From positions 87,234,001-87,298,000 of the forward strand of contig OZ024744.1 of NCBI GenBank assembly GCA_964016885.1: a DNA stretch of 64,000 bases, written 5' to 3'. This document shows, in pieces, positions 41,598-56,103 of the stretch (positions within the stretch are counted from its first letter, which is position 1; every line of letters begins with the position of its first letter). The DNA comes from Eledone cirrhosa (lineage: Eukaryota). The notes beneath the pieces are model-generated. The model did not search any database. It saw nothing but the letters and a program-made list of their open reading frames with translations, and had not been told where the DNA came from. Both the position numbers and the translations under genes were made by a program.

Positions 41598-42422
41598 TAT
41601 ATATCCAGGGGGTGTAACTAGGAATTACTGCAGGTTCACCCGGGTGAGCACTCGATGTTTAGGTTCGCTTCTGTGATGAGGTGTAGAGCTATACAGAGTG
41701 TAATATATTGAAAGGATAACAAGGACGATTGGTTACTCCTTCACTGCATTTATTGATAGGTGACGCGCGTTTCGCCACTGATCAGCTCAAGGTTCGATCT
41801 GTATCGATCCTACCCGATTCAATAATCGGCAGCTCGACGGACCCTCTTAAAATGCTATAAGAAAATATAAATATATATATACACACCTATATATACACAC
41901 CTATATATACACATATCTACATATATAAGTCCATAGATACATCTGTAGTTATATGATTACATATGTTCTCATTAGTGTTTTCTGGCTGAGGTCAAAGTAG
42001 CCTTTCGTCCTTGTGGAGATCGACAATCAAGAGTACCAGTAATGTATTAGGGACCAGTTAATCAACTAACTCTCTTTCCTACACACTGCCTGCTCATGAA
42101 ATTAATGTGTAATGGGCTAAGCAATTTACAGACAGGTGATCCCATATCGAATTTGTCGATGGATTCAACGTGACATAATATGACAAGTTTCAAATAATTT
42201 TTGCCAGTCAAGAAGGCTGAAAGCAGTCTTGCTCAAGGACACAATGTCCAACTAGAAATCGAACTCATGACCTTACGAAACCTCTAACACCGAAGCCATG
42301 CAACCGCACATTCTATTTTAGATACTTCTTATTCGACGCTCTCTGTCGATAATTTCGTTTCTATTTTCTTTCCCCCTTTTTTTTTTTTCAAAATCAAATA
42401 TTATTTCGCAAACAAGAGCGAA

Positions 42423-42625
42423 GGATTGGCAATATCGGTAGAGCGTCGGACAACATGCTTTATGGCATAGGGTTACGTCCCTTTACCATCTGAGTTAAAA
42501 TACTACCGTGGTTAGCTTTGCCTTTCAAACGATAAAATAAAGTACCAGTAATGCACTGGGGTCGATTTATTCGACTGTCCCTTCCCCACAATTGTAACTC
42601 TTGTGCCTAAATCAGAAATCAATAT
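42423..42625 (+). mobile_element. tRNA-derived SINE
   Basis: ggattggcaatatcggtagagcgtcggac..gataaaataaagtaccag. Confidence 0.8.
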
Positions 42626-43034
42626 TGTTTCGCAAACCAATCAATTTTGCCTACTATTTTTGTTTTGTTTATCACAACTAATGATTTTATAATATTAATT
42701 TTCATATTTTTATATTTTATAGGTCCCTCATTTTATAAGTCGTTCCTTCATTTTCATAAGGGACATAATTTTCGAGACACCGCTTCTGCGGTGTTCAGAA
42801 ACTCGTTTCGATTCTCATGTTCATTTGAGTGATTCTTTTTCTCTAGTATTAACACTTTATATATTTTTTTACATATTGAAACTTAAACAAATACTTGTTT
42901 TCCTTATTACAGTGAAGATCTTACCATACACATTTTCTTATCTTCTCTGTTACTAATATTATTTATTTCACACTTTTGGGGTGATTCTCTGGTACAAATG
43001 ATGTCCTATTCTTAAAACAACTTTTCAATCACAC

Positions 43035-43207
<173 letters not shown>

Positions 43208-43536
43208 AAATGAGTAAATAACCCTTAATTCCATATTCGGAGATTTGGATGTTTCCATTCCCATCTGACGCATGTTGGTCAAAACCAATTTCCTTGCATT
43301 CCTTTTCTAAATTATTCTATTCAAATCATTACTTACACCCATCCTCATACATTCATTTACACAATATAGTCCTTCAATTGGAATTTGATGAGACAGCTTT
43401 GGCGAAACCACCAAGTCACTCATCTATTTTGCAAGATGAATCTTAATTGACATCGAAGGTTTTCATTCAGTTTAATGTATGCTGTTTATAAATACTTAAA
43501 CACACTGATACTAATATATATATATGCATGTGTGTT

Positions 43537-43572
<36 letters not shown>

Positions 43573-43577
<5 letters not shown>

Positions 43578-43881
43578 GTTTAAGAAAAGAATCGCTGCTT
43601 TCACCCTTAACGGGATCTTCTAAGGGCGAAAGCAGCGATTCTTTGCTTAAACTTTAATCTGTTATTTTAATTATATATATAAGCAGAAGGGATATTCAAT
43701 TTGTTGGTAATTCAACAAATATAAATGTTTATAACAGATTTAGAGCACTCAACAGTTTTCTGAAGTATAATATACATTGATATTAAATAAATGGAAATTA
43801 TATTTATAAAACCATATATATTCTATTATATATATTTCAAGGGTACCAATAAATATAATTTCCATTTATTTAATATCAATG
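43573..43881. mobile_element. Adjacent family K (43573-43670) and family A (43681-43881) fold-back elements
   Basis: Family K matches 53783-54015; family A matches 61820-61990. Confidence 0.75.
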
Positions 43882-44204
43882 TATACATATATGTGTATGT
43901 GTGTGTGTGTGTGTGTGTGTGTACATATACATACATTCATATATCTACTTATCTATCTGTCTATCAATCTCTTTATGTATCTATATGCATACCCACCTGT
44001 CTATCTTTGTGTCTGGTTGAACGATATGTCTATTTTTAGACAGGAACAACAAAAACAACAACAAAAACTCCAATCATAATAGCTGTCATGAGAGATAAAG
44101 ATTGTATGTGTCTGTCTCTGTATTGATGTGTCTCTGTGTGAGAGCGAGAAAGAGAGAGAGAGAGAGAGAACAAATCACAGTAAGTTAGTGCATATATGTT
44201 TGAT

Positions 44205-44394
44205 AATTGTTTCTACTTTTTGGCACAAGGCCAGCAATCATCCCAGTGTCTTACTGGTACTTTATTTGATAGACCCCCCCGTAAGGATAAAAGGCAAAGT
44301 CAACCTCGGCGGGATTTGAACTCAGATCGTAAAGGGACGTAACTATGCTGGAAAGCATAGCGTCCGACTCTCTACCGATACTGCCAATCCACCG
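44205..44394 (-). mobile_element. tRNA-derived SINE
   Basis: Full-length reverse complement of the 14251 family. Confidence 0.85.
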
Positions 44395-44683
44395 ACATGT
44401 TTGATAATTATAATAGAAAAGATAGAAGAAAATTATCGTACATTATATAATTGAAATCTACATTTAAATATGTCGACGGCGCGAACGACAGGGGAGAGAA
44501 AGAAGATCGAAGAAAATGGACGATTCAAGCATATTTACACAGAATGTTTGTAATCAAGGAATTATTAAATAAAATTCTTTTTTTTACTATAAGACCCATA
44601 ATTTGTTATGGTTATTTTACTAATGAATACATATACATACATATATACACATATCCATGACACACATATGCACACAAATATAC

Positions 44684-44786
<103 letters not shown>

Positions 44787-44808
44787 TACACATATATATA
44801 TATATGTG

Positions 44809-44906
<98 letters not shown>

Positions 44907-45087
44907 GTGCAAGGAAACGACAAAACAAGAAGTCTTTTTCGTTTCACGCTTTATATGAAAAAGTGGAAAAAAAAGTTCGACGTATCGGGCTATAGGCCTT
45001 CGTCAGGAGTATAAAAATTATAGACAGGATCTATCTGTCTAACTATCTATCTATCCATCCATCTATCTATCTACCTATTTATCTAAC

Positions 45088-45258
<171 letters not shown>

Positions 45259-45844
45259 ATGTGTGTGTATACATATGTATATGTATATATATATGTATTT
45301 ATGTATATATGCATATATATACATATATATGAATATATATATATGTATATATATATATAGAGAGAGAGACAGCAGAGTAAATGTGACAGTGGGAGAGGGA
45401 ATGATTGAATGAAATTTTCCCCTGTTACTCAGACACATTTATTTTTTTTTTTTAGTACCTTAGTTATATATTCACACTTATATACTTAATAATTTTTCGT
45501 CAATTTTCACGCCGTCCTTTCTTCTTTAACCCCCACCCCCTCTACTCCCCCCAACACACTCACTATATCACTTTCTCACTTTCATTGTCAGCCTATCACT
45601 TTCTGTTGTATTTTGAATTACTCGCTCAAATATTCAAACACATACATATATCTTCCCACCTACACACAATCAATCACATTAGGAGATGCATTAGCAGATT
45701 CATATACAACACATACACATAACGACGCACACAAACAAACGTGTTTTCTCACTCCTCCATCTTACTTATTTATCATCACATTTCATCACTTTGCTTCCCA
45801 TGACATATATATACATATATATGTATATATTTATATAGATGTAT

Positions 45845-45959
<115 letters not shown>

Positions 45960-45996
45960 GTATGTATATATATACGTATATATATATATACGTATG

Positions 45997-46088
<92 letters not shown>

Positions 46089-46250
46089 CATACATATATA
46101 TACGTATGTATATATACGTATATATATGTGTATATACATATATATATATGTATGTATATACATATATATATACGTATATATATATACATACGTATATATA
46201 AGTATGTATATACGTATATATATATATACATACGTATATATATATGTATG

Positions 46251-46361
<111 letters not shown>

Positions 46362-46930
46362 GCACATACACTGTGTATCAAATAAAATAATTGCTTTCAA
46401 ACAGTGTCATGTGCTTGTTTTTATGTCTTATTTTCTTTATTTCCCACCGTCTCTTTCTTCACTATGAAATCGCCATGCCACACCACTTTCTTCTTTCACT
46501 ACTCGTACCTCAGCGTCATTTTAACACAATTAGAAGAAATATATATATATATATATATATAGGTTCAACTACATAAAATAGGCAGCCTATAGGTGTGTGT
46601 AATAGAGACACGGCAGCAGCAAGTAACACTACATACCGACCAACAACAGCGACAATAACAACAGCAACAACACCATTATACCTAAACATAATCATTCACA
46701 TTATTATCATGGACATCAACATCACTTATCATCGTCGTCGTTATTGTTATTATTATTTTTAAAAAAAAAGGACAATAACAAAATCAACAATCAACGAGCA
46801 GTGACGGTGACGGCTATTGCCAGAAAATATAGACCTTCAAGAAGATCGTATAGAGATCTGTTAAGGAACAGCACACATGGCTTATGGCTTATGCATGGCA
46901 AAAAAAAATCGCCATTTATCTCTCTCTCTA

Positions 46931-46976
<46 letters not shown>

Positions 46977-47020
46977 GAATAAAGTTAGTCCTTCATCAGT
47001 GATCTTCCAACCATCATTGG

Positions 47021-47109
<89 letters not shown>

Positions 47110-47236
47110 AAAGTTCTATTTAAATTGTTGGGATACAACAAGCAAATATTTTTATAACTGATATAAAGCACTCGACAAATATTTGGAGTAGATATACGAT
47201 ATTAACAAATGGAAACTATATTTATAAAACCATATT

Positions 47237-47301
47237 TATTTCATTATACATATTTCAAGGATACCAAGTTAAATTATGGCATGCCTTCATCAGACAAAAT
47301 A
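47237..47301 (-). ncRNA. Type I hammerhead ribozyme (family A, within element 47106-47378)
   Basis: tattttgt CTGATGA aggcatgcca..tggtatcctt GAAA tatgta TA atgaaata. Confidence 0.7.
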
Positions 47302-47483
47302 TAATATATACCAGTTTTATAAATAAACATTGACGTACCCTTTCAAAATGCAACCGTTACTTTTGGAAGACATCAGGATATATATATATATATATATATA
47401 AATGGACCCGCTATTTTCATCTAAAGACATTTTTTCCAATTCACACCCGCCCGTCCCCTCAATCTATTTTATTTCTCATTCTT

Positions 47484-47519
47484 TCTTCTGATGAAGGACT
47501 AGCGTCCGAAACCTTAAGA
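47484..47519 (+). ncRNA. Minimal type I hammerhead ribozyme (family F)
   Basis: tctt CTGATGA a ggac-tagc-gtcc GAAA cc TT aaga. Relatives at 36440 (+), 44976 (-), 55771 (-) and 57783 (-); three of these have a CCGANGA core. Confidence 0.7.
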
Positions 47520-47803
47520 CCCTCTTCCAGCTATATCAAACGTTAACCTAATATATCCCTTCCATATACTGTACCGATTGTGTTGTTATTTCTGTTTCCC
47601 TTTTACATGCATATATATATGTATATATATATATGTGTGTGTGAGTGTGTGTACTATATATATATATAACAACTAAATGTAATCTGAGTTTTTCGAATAT
47701 TAATAATATACGATACGCTTGCAATTATGAAAACAGCCTCTTTTATAAGCCATGTCAGTAGAATGAGCCCCTCATTCTTGCTTTTGTGTTGGCATGTAAA
47801 CAG

Positions 47804-47849
47804 AACTGCAGACAATAATGTTTCTGGAATTACCCTCATCAGTGCAGTT
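47804..47849 (-). ncRNA. Type I hammerhead ribozyme in the spacer of a ~120-bp-arm inverted repeat (47676-48002)
   Basis: aactgca CTGATGA ggg-taat-tcc a GAAA ca-ttat-tg TC tgcagtt. GUC triplet, 7-bp stem I. Confidence 0.8.
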
Positions 47850-48066
47850 TACTGCTTACCTGCAAATAGAAACATTCATGCCAACACAAGAGCGAGAATG
47901 AGGGGCTCATTCTACTGACATGGCTTATATAAGAAGGTGTTTGCATAATTGCAAACAAATCGAATATTATTTTCAATATTCTAAAAACTCAGATTACTTT
48001 TACATATATATATATATATAAGTTCAGAATAGCAGAAAACAAAACACAGACAAACCCACGAGTAAA

Positions 48067-48102
<36 letters not shown>

Positions 48103-48107
<5 letters not shown>

Positions 48108-48368
48108 AAAAGGGATATTTAATTTGTTGGTCATTCAACAAATATATATATATATTTATAACTGATTCGAAGCACTCGACAGTTTTCTGGAGTATAATAT
48201 CAATGATATTAGGAAAATCTTGAACCTTTAAGATCTCATTCCTGGATATGTCAATATTTATAAAACAAACTTAGTATTTTATCTGATGTGGGCGTACGAA
48301 AGTTTTGGTACCCTATATAATAGAATAAATATGGTTTTATAAATATAGTTTCCATTTATTAATATCAT

Positions 48369-48426
<58 letters not shown>

Positions 48427-48650
48427 ATATGTGTGTGTTTCTATCTATCTATCTATATATATATATATAGGAAAAAGTATGACTCCGACGGCAGAGCTCA
48501 AGCCGTTTCGACGGCTATTTCCAGAAATAGCCGTCGAAAGCTCTGCCGTCGGGGTCATACTTTTTCCTATAACCCTCGCTACAACCCTAAGTATTGAGTA
48601 CTCTGATGCGTTATGATCCATCTGGTTCCTTACCACAATTCCTTCGTTAT
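48103..48650. mobile_element. Family A (48103-48372, HHR damaged) and family C (48467-48650) elements
   Basis: Sequence matches to the other family copies. Confidence 0.75.
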
Positions 48651-48664
48651 GTATATATATATAC

Positions 48665-48712
<48 letters not shown>

Positions 48713-49384
48713 ATGTATATGTATACATATGTGCTTATATATATGTATGCATATATATGTGTGTGTGTGTGTGCATGATACAGGTATGAGGCTTGCGCAT
48801 ATAAGAGATGAGAGTTTGCAATACCAGGCTGTTTCAATTTAATATATTTATATGATGATAGTGACGATGGTGGCGGTGGTGGTGGTGCTGCTGCTGCTGC
48901 TGATGATGATGATGATGAGATGATGATGAGAAAGGTGGGGAAGAGGATGGTGGATGAGGGTCGCGCTTCTGATGCTTGTGGGTAAGGTGATCATGTCCAT
49001 GACAATATTAATATTAATAATCACATCAACACCGCATTTCTACAAGCTTCGCTCTATATTGCTTAGCGTCGCCATTAATTGGGCGTTCCATTTTTTTATT
49101 TTTTATTTACTAATGAGCAGTGATTTCGGTTTTTTTTTCAATTATATTTGTTGCTGTTATCGTTGATGTTGCTGTTATTATTTATTGTTAATGTTTTGTT
49201 TTGTTGCTGTTGTTTAAGCAGTAGGGCCATGTACTCAGTCTAGGTTTCGCCAGCCCGCACTCAATCTGAACTTTGAACGGTTGTTGACACAACCGTTCAA
49301 CAGAGGATAAGTTCTTAATCTTCTGATCGTGATATTACTGACAAAATGAGACAATTGATGCAGGAATAAGTCAGAGAACAAAGT

Positions 49385-49584
49385 CATAGTAGTGATGGTG
49401 GTAGTGATAGTGGTGGTAGTGGTAGTCACTGGTGTTGGTGATGATTGTGATGATGGAGTGATCATATTGTTAGTGGTGTTGTTGTTGTTGTTGTTGTTGT
49501 TAGTAGTGGTAGTGGTGGTGGTGCTAGTGGTAGCCAATGGTGTTGGTGATGATTGTGATGATGGAGTGATCATATTGTTAGTGG

Positions 49585-49615
<31 letters not shown>

Positions 49616-49698
49616 AGTAGTGGTAGTGGTGGTGGTGCTAGTGGTAGCCAATGGTGTTGGTGATGATTGTGATGATGGAGTGATCATATTGTTAGTGG

Positions 49699-49789
<91 letters not shown>

Positions 49790-49983
49790 AGTAGTGGTAG
49801 TGGTGGTGGTGCTAGTGGTAGCCAATGGTGTTGGTGATGATTGTGACGATGGGGTGATTAATGTCGTAGTAGTGGTGTTGTTGTTGTTGTTGTTAGTGGT
49901 GGTAGTGGTAGTGGTGTTAGTGTTAGCCAATGGTGTTGGTGATGATTGTGATGATGGAGTGATCATAGTCGTAGTAGTGGTGA

Positions 49984-50014
<31 letters not shown>

Positions 50015-50470
50015 AGTGGTGGTAGTGGTAGTGGTGGTAGTGGTTGTCAATGGTGTTGCTGATGATTGTGATGATGGAGTGATCATATTGTTAGTGGTAG
50101 TGGTGGTGGTGGTGACGGTAGTGTTGGTGTGATGGTTGTGACGATGGAGTAATCATAGTCGTAGTGGTGGTGTTGTTGTTGTTGTTGTTGTTGTTGTTTT
50201 TGTTGTTGTTGTTAGTGGTGGTGGTAGTGGTTGTGGTGCTAATGGTAGTCAATGGTGCTGGTGATGGTTGTGATGGTGGAGTGATCATGGTGGTAGTGTT
50301 GTTGTTATTGTTGATGTTAGTGGTGGTGATGCTGGTGGTGGTGGTGGTGGTAGTCAATGGTGTTGTGATATATTGTGACGATGATGGAGTGATCATAGTG
50401 GTATTGTTGTTGTTGTTAGTGGTGGTAGTGGTGGTGGTGGTGATGATGATCGAGGTAGTGGTGGTTGAGG
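49385..50470. repeat. Compound minisatellite (~110-170-bp unit with variable (TTG)n)
   Basis: The anchor tggtgttggtgatgattgtgatgatggagtgatcat recurs about 8 times. Confidence 0.9.
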
Positions 50471-50696
50471 AAGAGTTGAAGGGGTCAGAAAAAAAAGAAG
50501 ATAAGAGAAAGAAAGAACATTGTTGAAGCAGAACTAATGTGCATGTACACCGGTTTCGCTGTTTCCCCATTTCAATACTATGAACCGAACAACAGGCGAC
50601 TTAGTTGCAGTTAATCATTGCCAGGTTATTAGATACACCAATAATAAGCAACTACCTTTTGTTAGATCAGTGCAAAGGGTGGTGTTTACTTGCCAA

Positions 50697-51903
50697 TTCT
50701 TCTTCTTTGCCTTCTTCTTCTTCTTCTTCTTCTTCTTCTTCTTCTTCTTCTTCTTCTTCTTCTTCTTCTTCTTCTTCTTCTTCTTCTTCTTCTTCTTCTT
50801 CTTCTTCTTCTTCTTCTTCTTCTTCTTCTTCTTCTTCTTCTTCTTCTTCTTCTTCTTCTTCTTCTTCTTCTTCTTCTTCTTCTTCTTCTTCTTCTTCTTC
50901 TTCTTCTTCTTTCTTCTTCTTTCTTCTTTCTTTTTTTCTTTTTCTTTTTCTTTTGTTTCTTTTTTCTTTGTCTTCTTCTTCCTCCTTTTCTTTTTCTTCT
51001 TCTTCCTCTTTTTTTCTTCCCTTTCTTCTTCTTCTTCTTCTTCTTCTTCTTCTTCTTCTTCTTCTTCTTCTTCTTCTTCTTCTTCTTCTTCTTCTTCTTC
51101 TTCTTCTTCTTCTTCTTCTTCTTCTTCTTCTTCTTTTTCTTTTCTTTTTTCTTTTTCTTTTGCTTCTTTTCTCTTTGTCTTCTTCTTCCTCCTTTTCTTT
51201 TTCTTCTTCTTCCTCTTTTTTTCTTCCCTTTCTTCTTCTTCTTCTTCTTCTTCTTCTTCTTCTTCTTCTTCTTCTTCTTCTTCTTCTTCTTCTACTTCTT
51301 CTACTTCTTCTACTTCTTCTTCTTCTTCTTCTTTTTCTTTTTCTTTTTCTTTTTTTCTTTTTCTTTTGCTTCTTTTCTCTTTGTCTTCTTCTTCCTCCTT
51401 TTCTTTTTCTTCTTCTTCCTCTTTTTTTCTTCCCTTTCTTCTTCTTCTTCTTCTTCTTCTTCTTCTTCTTCTTCTTCTTCTTCTTCTTCTTCTTTTCTTT
51501 TTCTTTTTCTTTTTCTTTTTCTTTTTCTTTTTCTTTTTCCTTTTCTTTTTTTCTTTTTCTTTTGCTTCTTTTTTCTTTGTCTTCTTCTTCCTCCTTTTCT
51601 TTTTCTTCTTCTTCCTCTTTTTTCCTTCCCTTCTTCTTCTTCTTCTTCTTCTTCTTCTTCTCTTCTTCTTCTTCTTCTTCTTCTTCTTCTTCTTCTTCTT
51701 CTTCTTCTTCTTCTTCTTCTTCTTCTTCTTCTTCTTCTTTCTTTTTCTTTTTCTTTTTTTCTTTTTCTTTTTCTTTTTCTTTTTCTTTTGCTTCTTTTTT
51801 CTTCTTCTTCTTCTTCTTCTTCTTCTTATTCTTCTTCAACCTCATTCTCATCCACACCATTATCAATTTACTACGCCGTCCCGTATGACCATTGCTGCTG
51901 CTG

Positions 51904-51986
<83 letters not shown>

Positions 51987-51987
51987 G
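50697..51987. repeat. ~1.1-kb (TTC)n/(TTTTTC)n polypyrimidine tract with a four-fold higher-order unit, followed by (TAC)n
   Basis: Direct reading. Confidence 0.95.
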
Positions 51988-52107
51988 AGCATGGCCTTCT
52001 CCCCTTTCGTCTTACTCGTCCATCTTTGTCTTCCAGCGCTATTGTTCCTCATCAGTATACAAACAGGCATTCGTGAAAAGGCTTTTTTTATGTGTATATA
52101 TGTCTGT

Positions 52108-52468
52108 AGGTGGCGAATTGGCAGAGTCGTTAGAACGTCGGACATAATGATTTGCAGTATTCGTTCCGACTCTCTGCTCTCTCCCACAGAGGTTAACTTT
52201 GACTTTCATCCTTTTGAGGTCGTTGTTTCTTTGGGCAAGACATTTTATTTCATGTTGCTCCAATCCACTCAGCCGGCAAAAATGAGTAATACCTGAGTTA
52301 TACCTGTACTTCGAAGGGTCACCCATGTCACATTTTGTGTCACGCTGAATCTCCCTGAGAACTACATTAAGGGTACTCGCGTCTGTAGATTACTCAGCCA
52401 CTTCACGTTCGTTTATTCCACGAGCAAGCTGTTCCGTTGATTTCATCAACTGGAACACTCGTCGTAAT
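52108..52468 (+). mobile_element. SINE head (first family) abutting the body of the CORE-like SINE
   Basis: ggcgaattggcagagtcgttag..gactttcatcc, then tttctttgggcaagacattttatttcatgttgctcc..ctggaacactcgtcg. Confidence 0.7.
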
Positions 52469-53099
52469 ACGTTGTTTTTTTAGTTCTAAGTGATCCCTGA
52501 CTGAACAGACAAATGATACATTGCTTTTTGCACATATGGTAATCTCATCCTTACAATATGTGTTAATTGACAACATTGTATATTACGTTTCATGGCTAAT
52601 ATACCTCAGAATATAGTTGTAGGAGTGACTGTATGGTTAGGAAATTAGTTTCGAAACTACGTATCTCACTGTCACAAAAGTAATAGGACGCATTAGAAAA
52701 TTAAACAAAGTGCTGACCAGTTCAATACTGTTGATACCTATACTCCGTGAGGTTTAGAATCATCTTCGATCTACCCTTAAACGAGCAGTTAAAAAGGAAA
52801 CTTTAGATGTTTAAAATGATGTGACTTCCATCGATGGTATTGCTTAGGAAAGTGTGAACCTGGTTTCCAAAAGGCTAAGAAAGAGGCTAACATCTACGTA
52901 ACAACATAAACATTTTCCCCTTTATTGGTGAAATTTTGAACTTGCCTTGTCACCGGAATTTTTCAAAATTTATTATGACAATATCGCAATATACCAAAAT
53001 GCATGATGATAATATCCCAAATGTATTTAGACTTCCAATTCTACGCTCAAGATGAATTTTTATCGAAAAATGTAACTGATGAAAATCGCTATTGAAGGC

Positions 53100-53196
<97 letters not shown>

Positions 53197-53701
53197 CGTA
53201 TGTATGTATGGAGTGAAGGACTCCTAGCCTTTGTCAGGGTATTCTTCTAGGAGAAGGCAACTTACGAAGGTAGTTACCGATGATGTTGATCTTTTCTTCT
53301 TCTCGGATTACAGCTCCTGTCGCTCAGAGAGTGGGATTGGCTCAGTGCACACTATTTCCACAGGCATTGCACGATAGCATTAATTGATAATTTTTGATAA
53401 TGTTATATTGTGCAAAGGCCAAACTCGATATATATATATATGTATATATATATGTGTGTGTGTGGGGGGGGGGGGGTATTGAGTGTATTTGAATGGATGA
53501 ATGTGTTAATCCATTGTTTTGCGATCGCATGCGCGAGCAACATTCCCGATGAGCAATCGATACCAGTTACGCTTCAATATGATATTCACATCAACATTCT
53601 AGTTAGAACTCAGAACCATATGTATCTCTCTCTCTCCCTCTCTCTCTCACTCTCTCTCTCCCTCTCTCATTCTCACTCTCACTCTCACTCTCCCTCTCTC
53701 T

Positions 53702-53771
<70 letters not shown>

Positions 53772-53782
53772 ATATATATATA

Positions 53783-54015
53783 TAGTAATACTAATAAACG
53801 TGAAGACTAAAATCCAAAGAGGGCTCGATAAGGATAAATATATATCAAGTATATAAGAACCCTAGAACAAATATTTATTAAAATAACAGATTAAAGTTTA
53901 AGCAAAGAATCGCTGCTTTCACCCTTAACGGGTTATTCTGAAACTCAGAAGATTCCGTTAAGGGTGAAAGCAGCGATTCTTTGCTTAAACTTTAATCAGT
54001 TATTTTAATAAATAA
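53783..54015 (-). mobile_element. Family K fold-back element
   Basis: ~60-bp inverted arms containing GAAA gca..tgc TT; tail also at 36799-36855. Confidence 0.75.
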
Positions 54016-54084
54016 ATAAATAAATATATATATATATATTGTTATACTTTGGGAGGGTCATGTTGCCAATAATTCAGAAACCAA

Positions 54085-54169
<85 letters not shown>

Positions 54170-54565
54170 GAATGTGCATCTGAGTTTGTGTGCGGGTATG
54201 CGAAATGTAAATGAAAAAACTATACAAGTTGTGACAAAATACAATGAAGATATATAAGAGTTTAACGCTTGATATAGTAGAAAAAAAAAGATTAATGATT
54301 CGGGCGTTAATCCGGCATCATATATACATATATACGCACATGCACGCGTATTTATATATACATATATATATATGAACTTCGAATGAATCACTTATTTCGG
54401 CACATTTTACCCTTTCCTTGTCTAAATCTCTTTCACTGTGTCTTTCAGTATTCATTCATCCACAAATTGTGAACAAGCAAACAGATTCGTACAACTGCGA
54501 ACATATATACTGAACTAAACTGTGTAGGCGTATATATACATGTGTGTGCATATGGGTATGTGTAT

Positions 54566-54610
<45 letters not shown>

Positions 54611-54613
<3 letters not shown>

Positions 54614-55095
54614 CGAATGAGAGGTGGTAAGGAATCAGATGGACCATAATGCACCAGAGTACTCAATACTTAGGGTAGTAGAGTGGGTAATAGGAAAAAG
54701 TATGACCCCGACGGCAGAGCTCAAGCCGTTTCGACGGCTATTTCTGTACTAAATTAGAATTTTTAGCCTGGTAAATATATAGCCGAAGTTCCACTTGACA
54801 AGTTCGGCTATTTATTTACCAGGCTAAAAATTCTAATTTAGTCCAGAAATAGCCGTCGAAACAGCTTGAGGTCTGCCGTCGGGGTCATACTTTTTTCTAT
54901 ATATATATTTAATATAGAAAAGCTTCTACAGAACTAGAACTGTTTCATTCGTGAGAAATCATCAGGAATCTGATGATTTCTCACGAATGAAACAGTTCTA
55001 GTCCTGTAGAAGCGTTTCTATATTAAACATTTATACTCTGCTATGTATTGAGTACCTTACTTACTGTGGTTACTCCCGATTGAACCCGGAATAAC
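54611..55095. mobile_element. Back-to-back family C (54611-54900) and family B (54910-55095) fold-back elements
   Basis: The family C arms are about 100 bp; family B carries CTGATGA..GAAA..TA on both strands around 54965. Confidence 0.85.
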
Positions 55096-55598
55096 TTATA
55101 TATATACATACATACATGTACGCAGACGCACACACCCCTACGCACACACACACACACACCATAACACGCGTATAGAGACTAACTTACCCTCTTCCTAAGC
55201 CAACGTCTGTATCATACACTCCTTTACATTTGAAAAAAAACACACACATACATACAGATAATCAACTGCATTAAAAAAAGCACATTGAAAAGCATAACGG
55301 AATAACTGTTTATCGAAGATACTGTAAAAGAAAAAGAACCCATTTTCTTTTCTTCCCTCAAAATACCCAGATCATCGAATTTGAATAGATATTTACATGA
55401 TAGGTGGGTATGTCTATATTGATTGACAGGGGCAGATAGGTGTGTCTTGGTCGTGTGTACAATTATGTGAATACATAGGTACATATCACATAAATGCATA
55501 TGTTTATGTGTCACGAGTGTATATGTGTGTGTATATGTATGTGTATACATGTAAGTATATAATATATATGAATATACACTTATATACGAATATAGGCA

Positions 55599-55658
<60 letters not shown>

Positions 55659-55955
55659 TATGTATGTTTGTATGTATAGGTGTGTAAGTGTGTGTGAAAA
55701 GTCAACAAAGAAAATACAGCACAGATCAATAGAGTACAAAGTTTAATGACTGATATAGTAGTGTAAGACGTTTAATATTTCGGGCATTTGTCCTTCTTCG
55801 GAAGATAGAATAAGAGATAAAACAGGACATAAAAGGATACGCAGGTGTCTGTGTGTGTGTGGAGGCGGGAGGGGGGCAGGTAGTTACTGTAACTAACGAG
55901 TAACGTACAACCAACCTCCTTGTTTACCCAATACAGACGCTGCTGTATCATTCTG

Positions 55956-56018
<63 letters not shown>

Positions 56019-56028
56019 TGTAATATAT

Positions 56029-56103
<75 letters not shown>

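Noticed and set aside
41755-41800. Minus-strand GAAA cgcgcg TC HHR 3' half
   Set aside because: No CUGANGA partner visible, so it is not counted as a ribozyme.
52670-53100. Possible mariner transposase remnant (DEFLSKNVTDE)
   Set aside because: A single short motif with no continuous frame.
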